Notes under the pieces: model-generated
What the model saw: the letters and a program-made list of their open reading frames with translations, nothing else
Told to the model about the DNA's origin: nothing
Databases searched by the model: none
Position numbers and translations under genes: made by a program
Source of the DNA: a virus
Reading direction: 5' to 3' (one strand)
DNA: 64,000 bases
Virus record (IMG/VR): IMGVR_UViG_3300036780_000414
Coordinates: 1 to 64,000 of that record
In this document: positions 29,408 to 38,306 of the stretch, piece by piece
Layout: every line of letters starts with the position of its first letter
Numbering within the stretch: position 1 is the first letter of the stretch

Positions 29408-29456
29408 CGTTCGTTCTCCCTCTCTCAGGGTCACCGGGCGGAGGTGCCCGGTGATG

Positions 29457-29639
29457 TCATAACGGTGACTTCGGGGTAAGCAGCGTTCCGGGTGGCAGGC
29501 GCTTGTCGATCGCGGCGAGGACCGCGTAGACGCGGGCGATGTCGATGTGCGCCTGAGCTGCGCTCCCCGGCGGCAACCCGGCCGCCGCCCGGCTGGCCTC
29601 AGTCAGCGCCTGCTCGGCCATGGCCTCGTACCTGGCCAT
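29457..29639 (-). CDS. Hypothetical protein (YAxLAAIDK paralog 2)
   Basis: Coupled to YraN-like gene. Confidence 0.6.
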   Translation of the reverse strand: MARYEAMAEQALTEASRAAAGLPPGSAAQAHIDIARVYAVLAAIDKRLPPGTLLTPKSPL

Positions 29640-30100
29640 CAGCCCACCGCCCGAACGTGCTCGATCGTGCCGTCACCGAGGACGCCGATCACGTCCACCC
29701 GGATCCGGTCGGCCCGCCGGCCGTGCTGCTGCATCCACAGGGTGAGGAGCCGCCGCATGACCTGCTTCCTGACGTTGCTCATCCGGTCCAGCCGGCTCCC
29801 GTGGCGTTCCTTGTTGACCCGCAGGTCGACCGCGACCAGCACCCCGTGATCATCAGCGACCAGCGGCAGGCGGTAATCACCTTCTGACCAGTTGCGGTCC
29901 AGCACCGTGAACCCGCACTCGCCCAGATGCCTGACGGCCCGTGCCATCGCCGTGTCCGCGTCCCGGTGCCAGGTGACGTGCTTGATCTGGTCTGCCTGAG
30001 CCGGGTGGCAGTCGGTGCGCAGCTCACCTCGGTAACCGCACCTGGTGCACACGGCCCGGTGGAGGGTCTCCACGCTGACGGCGGTGTCCTGAATGGTCAC
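29639..30100 (-). CDS. YraN (UPF0102)-like protein with N-terminal Cys/His finger
   Basis: A.RHL...GFTVLDRNW and IRVDVIGV...IEHVR hallmark motifs. Confidence 0.75.
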   Translation of the reverse strand: MTIQDTAVSVETLHRAVCTRCGYRGELRTDCHPAQADQIKHVTWHRDADTAMARAVRHLGECGFTVLDRNWSEGDYRLPLVADDHGVLVAVDLRVNKERHGSRLDRMSNVRKQVMRRLLTLWMQQHGRRADRIRVDVIGVLGDGTIEHVRAVG

Positions 30101-30864
30101 CGCAGGCGCTCCGTGGTGATCTTCGCAGTCTGGTTGAGGCGGCGGGTCACGGCAGCGCGCACCCGCTCGTCATCCGGGTAGACGCCGAGGTCCGCGAGGA
30201 TGTAGCGGACTGTGTCCGCCAGCCGTTCCGCGCTGCGCTCCGCGGCCTCGGGCGTGTCAGGGCCTGCCCGCTCGATCACCCACTGGTCACCGGCCTCGAC
30301 CACATGGGGGGCCTGCGCCATGGTGACCAGCGTGCGGGCCAGCCACCCCTGGTCGAAACGCTGCACGTACCTGCCGCCTTCGCGGGTGCGGAGGGTGACG
30401 GTGAACTCGCCGGGATCGGCCGGGTCGGTGATGCTGTCGAGGAACGCCGCGACGCCTGCCATGAACGCGGTCTCCTCGGCTGCTGCCCGCGCCGCCTCAG
30501 CCTCCTGCTCCTCGCCGGTTAGCTCAGCCGGCGGCGGGTTCAGCGCGGCCCACTGCTCGTAAGCCAGCCGGGGGTTCCAGCTGACCGTGGCCTGCCGGTG
30601 CGGCGTGCTGTGCTGCACTGTGTACGGGGCACCCTGCTCGATCACCAGGTGGACCCCGCTGTGGGTGGTGCCGCCTACCAGTGACATGACGCTGAGGGGA
30701 ACGTCGCCTTGCGGCACCTCCCCTTCCGGCATCTTCACTGTCACGATCGCAGGGTGGCCAGTCTCGAACCGCACCACCTTCCCGTCTGCGAGTACGGCGG
30801 TGAGCCGCACCTGGAGCGCCTTGGCCAGCAGGCCACCGTCCGGGTACGCGGTCAAATCAGGCAT
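30097..30864 (-). CDS. Hypothetical protein
   Basis: 255 aa with GAGAGAGGG SD. Confidence 0.65.
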   Translation of the reverse strand: MPDLTAYPDGGLLAKALQVRLTAVLADGKVVRFETGHPAIVTVKMPEGEVPQGDVPLSVMSLVGGTTHSGVHLVIEQGAPYTVQHSTPHRQATVSWNPRLAYEQWAALNPPPAELTGEEQEAEAARAAAEETAFMAGVAAFLDSITDPADPGEFTVTLRTREGGRYVQRFDQGWLARTLVTMAQAPHVVEAGDQWVIERAGPDTPEAAERSAERLADTVRYILADLGVYPDDERVRAAVTRRLNQTAKITTERLR

Positions 30865-31228
30865 CTTGCTTGTCCCTCTCTCTTTCCGGTTCGCATGCGC
30901 ACCAGCCCATAGTGTGGGCGAGTGACCGCAGGTGCTGCTCCCGCCACCGCTCGTCGCGGTACCGCTCCCACACCGTCCAGTCCCACAGCCCGGCGCTGAG
31001 CACGGTGCGGGTCACCTGGTACGGGCGCCTGTGGGAGTAGGGCCACTCGGCTGAGGCCCGTGCCGCCTCTGCGGTGCAGTGCTCGCAGGTCATCGTCGTG
31101 CCGACCCGGCGCAGGCACGCAGGGTCACCCATCGACGCGGGCATCTGCGGGTGAAGCATCACGACGTGCTTGCAGTCGAGGACCGCCATCCAGTCCAGCA
31201 GCTCCTCACCGAGCATGTTGAGCACCAT
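30857..31228 (-). CDS. Hypothetical Cys-containing protein
   Basis: First gene after promoter at 31285. Confidence 0.55.
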   Translation of the reverse strand: MVLNMLGEELLDWMAVLDCKHVVMLHPQMPASMGDPACLRRVGTTMTCEHCTAEAARASAEWPYSHRRPYQVTRTVLSAGLWDWTVWERYRDERWREQHLRSLAHTMGWCACEPERERDKQDA

Positions 31229-31284
31229 CAGCCCTCTCCCTCTCTCGGGGTTACCAGGCTCTTTCAGCGGGGTCTCACAACCCC

Positions 31285-31310
31285 AGTATACCGCACACAT
31301 GTTAGGTGTA
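31285..31310 (-). promoter_or_regulatory. Leftward promoter/operator unit
   Basis: - strand TACACCT-AACATGTG-TGCGG-TATACT. Confidence 0.75.
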
Positions 31311-31727
31311 GGGGGGCAACAGGTTAGCGGGTATCGCTGCCGCCGCGTACCCGGCCACGGCGAGGCGCGCGTGCACCCACGCCAGGTCGTTGAGGGTCAC
31401 CGCAGACTCGTAGCAGCTGTCCAGAATCCGGTCCAGCGTCCGGTAGTACGTGAAGGTACCCAGGTAGTCATCCGGCGGGATGGCATCGGCGGGCACGTTC
31501 CCCAGCAGCAGGACACGGTTCGGGCTGCCCTGCTGCTGCGCGTACACGTCCCCGGTGTCCTGCACGTAGGAGACCCGCCACTCAGGCCAGTGATGGTCTC
31601 GGAGCCGCCAGTGGACACCGTAAGCAGCTTCCGGGCTGAACATCCGGCGGATGTCGTCCATCCAGAAGTCATCCAGGTTCTCGAACAGCACCCGGTGCGG
31701 CCCCGGCCGGTCCAGCTCAGCGGTCAT
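31302..31727 (-). CDS. Hypothetical protein
   Basis: YGVHWR...WRVSYVQDTGDVYA segment; coding-like. Confidence 0.6.
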   Translation of the reverse strand: MTAELDRPGPHRVLFENLDDFWMDDIRRMFSPEAAYGVHWRLRDHHWPEWRVSYVQDTGDVYAQQQGSPNRVLLLGNVPADAIPPDDYLGTFTYYRTLDRILDSCYESAVTLNDLAWVHARLAVAGYAAAAIPANLLPPYT

Positions 31728-32082
31728 CGTCTTCACCGGGCCTGCGGAGGCGCGGGACCGGCTTGAACGGCTCATTCGCCATGAGGTGGTCGATGGCCTC
31801 GTTCCTGGTTCGTGAGTCATCGCCGGGCAGCACAGCTACGGTGATCTTGTCCCGTGGCAGGCCGGTCACCTGCATCGCGTAGGTGATGGTCGCTGCCGCC
31901 TGCTCCGGGGCGGGCGGCCACGTGCTCGCGTCGACATAGACGGTGGCCTCGACCAGCTGGAGCGTCCGGCTGCGGGATTGCCGGCGGTACAGCGGCTGTA
32001 TCCCCTCCACGTGCAGCAGGCCAAGGGTGATCTGTTCCACGACAGGATGTCCGATCGCCTGGGTGACGGGGTAGTCGGTCAT
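31717..32082 (-). CDS. Hypothetical protein
   Basis: GAGAGAGG SD. Confidence 0.6.
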   Translation of the reverse strand: MTDYPVTQAIGHPVVEQITLGLLHVEGIQPLYRRQSRSRTLQLVEATVYVDASTWPPAPEQAAATITYAMQVTGLPRDKITVAVLPGDDSRTRNEAIDHLMANEPFKPVPRLRRPGEDDDR

Positions 32083-32117
32083 AGCTTTTCCTCTCTCGGT
32101 GCCGCGCAGCTGCGCGG

Positions 32118-32378
32118 CTATTCCCTGATGGCCTGGTCCACGGGCACCAGGCCCGCCAGCCGCACGATGTCCGCGGACACCTTGCCGCCGGACAGCGCGT
32201 AGTACGCCTCCACGAATGAGCTGAACGCCGCCGGGTCATGCGGCTGGGCGTCACGGAACCGCTGCGGCAGCTCCCCGCCGCACGCGGTCACCAGGCGGTT
32301 GTAGCTGTCTACCAGCTGCCGCTGCCATTCACTGGCCAGCTTGATCACGATCATGTGCTGTTCCGGGTCGGCGCTCAT
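32118..32378 (-). CDS. Hypothetical protein
   Basis: Coupled ORF. Confidence 0.55.
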   Translation of the reverse strand: MSADPEQHMIVIKLASEWQRQLVDSYNRLVTACGGELPQRFRDAQPHDPAAFSSFVEAYYALSGGKVSADIVRLAGLVPVDQAIRE

Positions 32379-32626
32379 CCGGCTGGCTCCCATCCGCCGT
32401 CCCAGCCTGGCGTCATCGCGGGCTCAGTCGGCACGACGTACCCGGATGACATGATGCCGGCGGCGTCGATGCTGATAATCCGGGTGTCGCTGTCATAGAG
32501 CACCAGCACGTCATCGTCGCCGGCGCTGCCCTCGAACACGTGGCAGGGGCCGGGTGAGTCAACGATCTCGTCGTCCTCCACCCGTGACCTGATGTCGTCC
32601 ACGGCTGCCTGCTGCTGCGGTGTCAT
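32375..32626 (-). CDS. Acidic hypothetical protein
   Basis: AGGAGG SD. Confidence 0.6.
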   Translation of the reverse strand: MTPQQQAAVDDIRSRVEDDEIVDSPGPCHVFEGSAGDDDVLVLYDSDTRIISIDAAGIMSSGYVVPTEPAMTPGWDGGWEPAG

Positions 32627-33195
32627 CCCTGTTCCTCCTTCGGCTCATGCAGCACTACCGATGCGGTCGCGGTCGGCATCGGCACGTTCCTGCACGCGTA
32701 GCTGTTGTCGTCGTCCACCCACTCGTCCCCGTGCGGGCCTGGGCGCCAGTGCAGTCCCGCGCCGCAGTGCACGCAGGTACGGCCGTTCCGGCTGGCTCCC
32801 ATCCGCCGTCTGGCGTCTTCAGCCCGCCGCGCTGCGCACCACAGGCAGTCGGGCTCAGTACCGAAGTGCTCCTCCCCGTGGGTGAACTCGTCCCGGCCGA
32901 ACTCGCGCCCGTGTTCCCACACCTCCGCGTAGATCTCCGCGAACGTCATGCCGTCCTTATTAGCCAGCGCCTCAGTGACCGCGTGCTGCCGGGCTGCGGC
33001 CTCGATGCTCAGCTCACTGCCGCCGCTGTCACCTGCCGCATGGCTGTGGTCCTGGTCGCCGGGGAACCTCTCGTGCTTCGCGTCGTGCGCCCACACCAGG
33101 TCCTCAGCAGGCCGCCCGTCCGGGTGCGCGATGCTGGTCAGCCTGACGCCGGGGTGCCTCGCGGCCAGGTGCGCGCGCAGCTCGCCCTCGTTCAC
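32623..33195 (-). CDS. Hypothetical protein with Cys pairs
   Basis: Coupled ORF; CLWC, CVHC. Confidence 0.6.
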   Translation of the reverse strand: MNEGELRAHLAARHPGVRLTSIAHPDGRPAEDLVWAHDAKHERFPGDQDHSHAAGDSGGSELSIEAAARQHAVTEALANKDGMTFAEIYAEVWEHGREFGRDEFTHGEEHFGTEPDCLWCAARRAEDARRRMGASRNGRTCVHCGAGLHWRPGPHGDEWVDDDNSYACRNVPMPTATASVVLHEPKEEQG

Positions 33196-34481
33196 GATCC
33201 TGTTCCCTCACTGGTCGCAGCCGCTGCGACGGGAGGCGTCGCGATGGTCGCAGGTGCGACGCTGCCGGTCTCAGCCTGCGTATCCGTGCGACTCTTAGCG
33301 TCGCGGGCGCGTATGTCGTGGATACGCTGCGGCTTCAGGGCTGGGTAGCCGTGGTCGCGGAGGTGTCGCAGTGCGACCAGGTTTGAGTCCGCTGCGTCGG
33401 GGACGTTCGCGAGTACCCAGCGGATTGCGTCGGACTGAGACATCTGCGTAAGGTCCGGCGGCGCGGGTGCGTCATCCCGGTCCTCGTCGTGCGTCTCCTC
33501 GTCCTCATCCTGGTCGCGGTCAGTGTCGCGGCGGGTCGCACTGCCGCCGCCGTGTGCGTCACTATCGGTCGCAGCGGGTGCAAGCTGAGACGCGGCGAGT
33601 GCCTTCGCGAGTCGCAGCTTGATCGCCTCACGCCACGCGTCGAACGCTTCCCCTGGCTGGCCGAGGCCCGGCACGAACACCAGCAGCCCCAGCCGGGGCA
33701 GCGGCTCAACCCGCTCACGGCTCTTGATCCCGTGCTGCGCGCGGCGTGCCTCTCTGCGGGCGGCAGAGAGCACCAGGTGAACGATTGTGTACGCGGCAAG
33801 GCTCATGACGGGGAAGAACACTTCGGCCGTCACGTTGCCGCTCTGGAGCGCGTAGCGCCAGTTAATCCAGGCGCCTGTTGCCACCAGGCCAGCGGACACC
33901 ACCCGGAAGCCGAAACCGGACTCGCCCTTGTCGATCTGCATCAGGGCAAGGAGGGTGCAGGCCAGGGCGGCAACATCGAGTGCGACCGGCACCATCAGGG
34001 CGCGGACCCACAGCCAGTGCAGGTCATTCAGTGCCCACTCGTACTCGCCGGTCCAGCTCATGTACCCGACGCAGAACAGTACGGCAGCTAGCGCCGCGTA
34101 TGCGGCGATGCGGCGGCCGGTAGTCGCAAACCCGACGCGCTCATAATGGCGGCCGGTCGCATGCGACACCAGCTCGCGTGCCCGCTTACGCAGTGCGTCC
34201 CTGGCTGAGTCACGCTGGTCGCGGCGGGCGGCCTTGCGTGCGTCACGTGAGACCCTGGGCTGCGTCGCCTTGCGACCGTGGGGCGTCGCAGGTGTCGCGG
34301 GCTGAGTTGCCGGTGACTCGGGTTGCGTAGCCGGTGCGACCGGCTGCGTCTCCTCTTGAGTACCCGGTGCGCCGGTTGCGTCAGCTGGTGGTGTCGCACC
34401 TGGGGCCGGATGGTCGCTGTCTTCCTCACGGTGTCGCAGCTGCGTCCACGGTGGTCGCAGCTCCGTCGGCTTGAGTCGCAT
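33192..34481 (-). CDS. DUF2637-like membrane protein with C-terminal helical (possible DNA-binding) domain
   Basis: About four TM segments with ALMVPVALDVAALAC motif; C-terminal MSQSDAIRWVL...LRDHGY. Confidence 0.7.
   Translation of the reverse strand: MRLKPTELRPPWTQLRHREEDSDHPAPGATPPADATGAPGTQEETQPVAPATQPESPATQPATPATPHGRKATQPRVSRDARKAARRDQRDSARDALRKRARELVSHATGRHYERVGFATTGRRIAAYAALAAVLFCVGYMSWTGEYEWALNDLHWLWVRALMVPVALDVAALACTLLALMQIDKGESGFGFRVVSAGLVATGAWINWRYALQSGNVTAEVFFPVMSLAAYTIVHLVLSAARREARRAQHGIKSRERVEPLPRLGLLVFVPGLGQPGEAFDAWREAIKLRLAKALAASQLAPAATDSDAHGGGSATRRDTDRDQDEDEETHDEDRDDAPAPPDLTQMSQSDAIRWVLANVPDAADSNLVALRHLRDHGYPALKPQRIHDIRARDAKSRTDTQAETGSVAPATIATPPVAAAATSEGTGS
33214..34480. repeat. 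Dispersed TGCGAC/GTCGCA hexamer array inside the DUF2637 gene
   Basis: 10 exact copies in 33214-33616, 10 in 34123-34480, 1 at 33981, plus TGCGTC/TGAGTC/TGAGAC variants. Confidence 0.8.
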
Positions 34482-34487
34482 GACTAC

Positions 34488-34892
34488 TCACCCCTCCCAG
34501 GCCACAGGCTCAGCGGTGATCGTCGTCCCCGGCCCGCGCACCCAGCGGGCCGCCGGCTTAACCTGGCGGCCGTCGATGCTCACCACGACACCGCCGGACT
34601 GGTACGCCTCGTACGCCCACAGGCCCGGCTCCTCGAACGTCACCAGGCGGGCGGTGACGAGTGCCTTGACCGGCAGGCTGTGCGGTGGGACCGCCATCCG
34701 CAGGTCACGGACGACGCTGTAGTGCGCGCCTGCCTTCTGGAGCATCGCGTCAAGGTGGTTCTTCGTCTGGGCGACCGCGACCAGGTACGCCTGGCCGATG
34801 GTCCTGTCGCGGGTCAGCCACTCGTGCGGGACGATCGTCATGCCGCGTGAGACGTACAGCTTCATCGGTGCCCTCTCTCCCTGGGTAGTCAT
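34488..34892 (-). CDS. Hypothetical protein
   Basis: Coding-like ORF; alternative start at 34865 after GAGAGAGGG. Confidence 0.6.
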   Translation of the reverse strand: MTTQGERAPMKLYVSRGMTIVPHEWLTRDRTIGQAYLVAVAQTKNHLDAMLQKAGAHYSVVRDLRMAVPPHSLPVKALVTARLVTFEEPGLWAYEAYQSGGVVVSIDGRQVKPAARWVRGPGTTITAEPVAWEG

Positions 34893-34916
34893 CGGTTGGC
34901 GTCTCCTGTCTCTCGG

Positions 34917-35189
34917 TTACTCACTGGTTTCGGTCAGCTTGACCTGGAAGGCGCGGGTAGTCCCGTTGGTGAGCTGCACGCGGATCACGGTCACCGTGGC
35001 GCTGACGGCCTCACCGGTGACCTCACTGACCTCGTCCGGCTGGCCGGTCAGCTCCGGGCGGGCCTGGCCGGTGACGAGTGCGTGCTGCACGGCGGCGGCG
35101 ATCATCCGCTTCACGTCGTCGTCCAGCTCGTCCAGCTGCGGCAGGTGATTGAACCGCTTATCCGGGTTAGCCCTGTACGGTCGCGCCAT
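34917..35189 (-). CDS. Hypothetical protein
   Basis: GAGGGGG SD. Confidence 0.6.
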   Translation of the reverse strand: MARPYRANPDKRFNHLPQLDELDDDVKRMIAAAVQHALVTGQARPELTGQPDEVSEVTGEAVSATVTVIRVQLTNGTTRAFQVKLTETSE

Positions 35190-35478
35190 CCGGTCCCCCC
35201 TCTTCTGCGGCCTGCGGGCTCTCGGGGAGCAGCTCAGCGCGGATCTTGCTGGTGCGCGTGAAGTAGCCGGCGGTGTCCTCGGGCGGCATGTCGGCTACCG
35301 CTGCCTCCCACTCGGAGCGCACTTGGTCAAGGTCACGCTGGAGCTGGAGGGTGCTGCGGTACAGCTCGACGGCCCTGGCCCCCTTCGCGCTCCACGTGTG
35401 CCTGGCGACGCCCCTCAGCGGGCGACCCTCAGCAGGTGCGGTTTCCTCCTGGGTTGGGGTGTCCTCGGTGCCTGTCAT
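35167..35478 (-). CDS. Hypothetical protein
   Basis: GGAGG SD. Confidence 0.6.
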   Translation of the reverse strand: MTGTEDTPTQEETAPAEGRPLRGVARHTWSAKGARAVELYRSTLQLQRDLDQVRSEWEAAVADMPPEDTAGYFTRTSKIRAELLPESPQAAEEGGPDGATVQG

Positions 35479-35490
35479 GCGGTGATCCTC

Positions 35491-35913
35491 CTAGTTGGCC
35501 CGCCGGATCTTCATCCGGTAGTCAGCGACGATGGCGTCCACCGTCTCGGTGGTGGTGCCATACTCGATCCCGGTCCGCGCCGGGGTCCACCCGTGCATCA
35601 GCACGGCCTCAGCGACCGCTGTCAGGTAGGTGGCGGTGTGGTTCTCCCAGCCGGGGTCTACCTTGGCGGCGACCGTGCGCAGCGGCATGCGGCGCATCCA
35701 GTCGGTGAGCTTGTTCGCGTCGTAGCCGGTGCCGTCGCCGTCGAGCACGTCACCCAGGGTGGTTAGCATCCGGTCGGCGCTGGCGGTGGCACCGCGCTCA
35801 GGCAGCTGATGCTGGGCGGCCAGTGCGCGTACCCGGCTTACCTGCTCAGCTGTCGGCCTGGTGCTGGCGTCGTAGTGGCGGGTGATCGACCCCCGCGCGC
35901 TGCGGCGCGGCAC
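35491..35913 (-). CDS. Hypothetical protein
   Basis: GAGGG SD, GTG start. Confidence 0.55.
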   Translation of the reverse strand: MPRRSARGSITRHYDASTRPTAEQVSRVRALAAQHQLPERGATASADRMLTTLGDVLDGDGTGYDANKLTDWMRRMPLRTVAAKVDPGWENHTATYLTAVAEAVLMHGWTPARTGIEYGTTTETVDAIVADYRMKIRRAN

Positions 35914-35969
35914 TACCGGTCACCCTCACGGGTTATCGCCATCATGTTCGGTTCCCTCTCTCGCCCGTT

Positions 35970-35995
35970 ACGCTACCACGCACACGTGGGTTTTA
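35970..35995 (-). promoter_or_regulatory. Leftward promoter/operator unit (variant)
   Basis: - strand TAAAACC-CACGTGTG-CGTGG-TAGCGT. Confidence 0.6.
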
Positions 35996-36005
35996 GCGGG
36001 CTTAC

Positions 36006-36446
36006 TCACTGTGCGGCCAGCAGGTCGTTGCTCTCGTCATGCGGCTGACATCCGCATGACAGCCGCACCCAGTAGCAGGAACCGCCTGCGAAGCCGGTGT
36101 AGCTGCCCCAGTCCATGACGTTGACCTGCCCGTGCTTCGGGCACTCGTCCTCGTCCTCGTTGTCGTCGGTCCAGTCGTGCCAGTCGGCGGCGTCCAGGCC
36201 GAGCGCGGCGGGGCTGATCACCTGGTAACCCTGGCAGCCGATCACGACTGCGCCGTTGGCGACGACGTGCCGCCTGGTGCCGGTGACCACGACGACGTAG
36301 CTATCGGTCACCGGGCTGCCGTCAGCGCGCACCAGCTCCTCGCACTCGGGGCAGGTGCTGGTGCGCCACCGGCCGATCACGGTCAGGTCTGCGCTGAGCG
36401 CGGCGTTCAGGTAGGCGGCCTGGTCGGTGGTCTTGTAAGGCTTCAT
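36006..36446 (-). CDS. Hypothetical Cys-rich protein
   Basis: GAGAGAGG SD; CPEC, CPKH, LSCGC. Confidence 0.65.
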   Translation of the reverse strand: MKPYKTTDQAAYLNAALSADLTVIGRWRTSTCPECEELVRADGSPVTDSYVVVVTGTRRHVVANGAVVIGCQGYQVISPAALGLDAADWHDWTDDNEDEDECPKHGQVNVMDWGSYTGFAGGSCYWVRLSCGCQPHDESNDLLAAQ

Positions 36447-37141
36447 GGGCTGGTTTCCTCTCTCGGGCGGGGTCAGTTGACGCGGGGGACGTACCGGATG
36501 GGCTGGCCGTCCTGGTGGCGGGCGCCGGCGCTGGCCCAGCGGTTGTTCCGCTCGGCCGACTGGCGGGCCAGGGTCAGTTCCTGCTGCTCGGGGCTCAGCA
36601 CGTCGTGGAATACGCAGTCCAGGTAAGCCTCTTCCAGGTCTGCTACCGTGCCGCGCATCCAGTAGTTCGCTTCCACGGTCACGCGGGGGAGGTGCAGCGA
36701 TATCGCGCTTAGCAGCTCGCGCTTGGTCATCCCCATGGTGGGCTTCCTGCGTACTCGCCCTCTGGTGTCTCGCATGCTGCTCGTCTCCTCTGCTGCCCGG
36801 TTACCGGGCTTGGTGGTCCGCCGCCGCCAGGCAGCGCTTGCAGGTGACCGGCTTGGCGGTCTCCCGGTAGGTGGTGCGCTTGCGGCCTGTGGTCCCGAGG
36901 CCGGTGCTGTGACCGGGCTGGCACAGGGGCCGCTTGCCGCTTGGCATCGGTGCGTGCACGGCTCCCCCGGTGACTGCGGTCAGGTTCGTCACGGGGTCAC
37001 CTCCCTTGGCGTCGCGTCGCAGGCTGGCCTGGTCTCGGCAGTCCGCGCAGTAGGCCAGGAAGTGCAGCTCGCACTGCTCACCGCTGGTCCAGGCGGTCAC
37101 GGTCATTGCGGTCACTGGGGGCCTCTCTCTCTTACAACCCC

Positions 37142-37167
37142 AGTATACCACCCACATGTGAGGAGTA
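37142..37167 (-). promoter_or_regulatory. Leftward promoter/operator unit
   Basis: - strand TACTCCT-CACATGTG-GGTGG-TATACT; 37140-37169 identical to 57920-57949. Confidence 0.8.
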
Positions 37168-37292
37168 GGAGGGGGCGGGGAGGTAAGTTACGGCAGCTCA
37201 CACGTTGGCCCTGCTAGGATCTGCATCACCACGCACGTGAGGGAAAGGAAGCGCCCGCCCTGTCCCCCGCGCACAGAGAGAGGAAGCACCAG

Positions 37293-38063
37293 ATGCCTAA
37301 CAGGCGTGCCGTCATCGCACTCGCGTCAGCGGGTGCCCTCGCAGCCGCGATCCCGCTCACGCTCACCGCGTCCAGCGCCAGCGCCGTCACCGTCCAGTGC
37401 CAGAACACGCCCCGGCCCGTATCCGGTCCCGTAGGGTGCGGGACGTTCTTCCTCCCGCAGGTCGGCTACCCGCACGCCACCAGCGCCCTCGCGCTCAGCG
37501 CCGCCGGGTCCAGCTTCGGCAGCCGCGCCGAGGTCGAGCCGATGAACGGCAGCCCGATGCAGGACTGGACCGCCTACCAGGTCTGCACCGGCCTCACCCA
37601 GGACCGTTCCGCGGCCGCCCCGTGCGGCTCAGGCGGGAAGGTCGTCGCCGGGGAACTCGTGCTGCGGCTGTCTCCCGGCGGCACGCAGCCCGCCGGGGGT
37701 GTCAACAGCTTCCACTCGCTGTGCCTGGTAGACGACAACGGCCGGGTGGGGCTCGGCTGGTGCCAGTCCGGGGCGGCGTTCTACGACGAAGGGTTCCCCA
37801 ACCCGCCGGACAGCAACGGGGTCCCGCCGGTTGTCAGCCGTCCGAACCCGTCCGAGACGTGGAAGCTCGTCAAGGCGGGCAAGGCCGTCATCATGGTCAA
37901 CGTGTACTCCGGTCGCGCGCTCGACGACGCGGCGAACGGCGGCCCGTCGCACAAGCTGATCACGTACGAGCGGAACGGCCTGGCAGACCAGGACTGGGAG
38001 ACGGCCGGCTGCACGGCACCGTACACTAGCGAGCCCGGCGCGTACGGCTGCATCACCGGGTAG
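37293..38063 (+). CDS. Secreted ricin-B (beta-trefoil) lectin-like protein
   Basis: N-terminal RR + hydrophobic signal + ASA cleavage; QDW, LCL.D...LGWC, ETW, NVYSGRALD...DQDW repeats. Confidence 0.75.
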   Translation: MPNRRAVIALASAGALAAAIPLTLTASSASAVTVQCQNTPRPVSGPVGCGTFFLPQVGYPHATSALALSAAGSSFGSRAEVEPMNGSPMQDWTAYQVCTGLTQDRSAAAPCGSGGKVVAGELVLRLSPGGTQPAGGVNSFHSLCLVDDNGRVGLGWCQSGAAFYDEGFPNPPDSNGVPPVVSRPNPSETWKLVKAGKAVIMVNVYSGRALDDAANGGPSHKLITYERNGLADQDWETAGCTAPYTSEPGAYGCITG

Positions 38064-38083
38064 GACCAGGGACGTGCGCGGAT

Positions 38084-38303
38084 CACGGGAGGCTGGTGCC
38101 GGCGCCCGTGGGAGTACCAGGTACGCAGCAGAAGCACCCGGCGCGGGTGAGGTGGCCACCGGCCCCGCGCCTAGCCTGGGGTTGTAAAGCCTCGTGAGCC
38201 CCCGCCAACGCGCTGGTCTCCTACGGGAGGGTAAAAGGGGCGGCAGATGACCGGGGCAAGTGGCGAGGAAGGGTGACGGGCGCTCCTGCTGCGGCCTGGT
38301 GCT
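38084..38303 (+). ncRNA. Candidate structured non-coding RNA
   Basis: ORF-free in the track; 38113-38140 pairs with 38277-38303; internal hairpins with GUAA and cUACGg tetraloops; followed by terminator. Confidence 0.5.
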
Positions 38304-38306
38304 GAC

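Noticed and set aside
38178-38230. 16S rRNA-like words (GGGTTGTAAAGC, CTCCTACGGGAGG)
   Set aside because: Matches are short, in the wrong order and without flanking rRNA similarity; better explained as stable tetraloop hairpins
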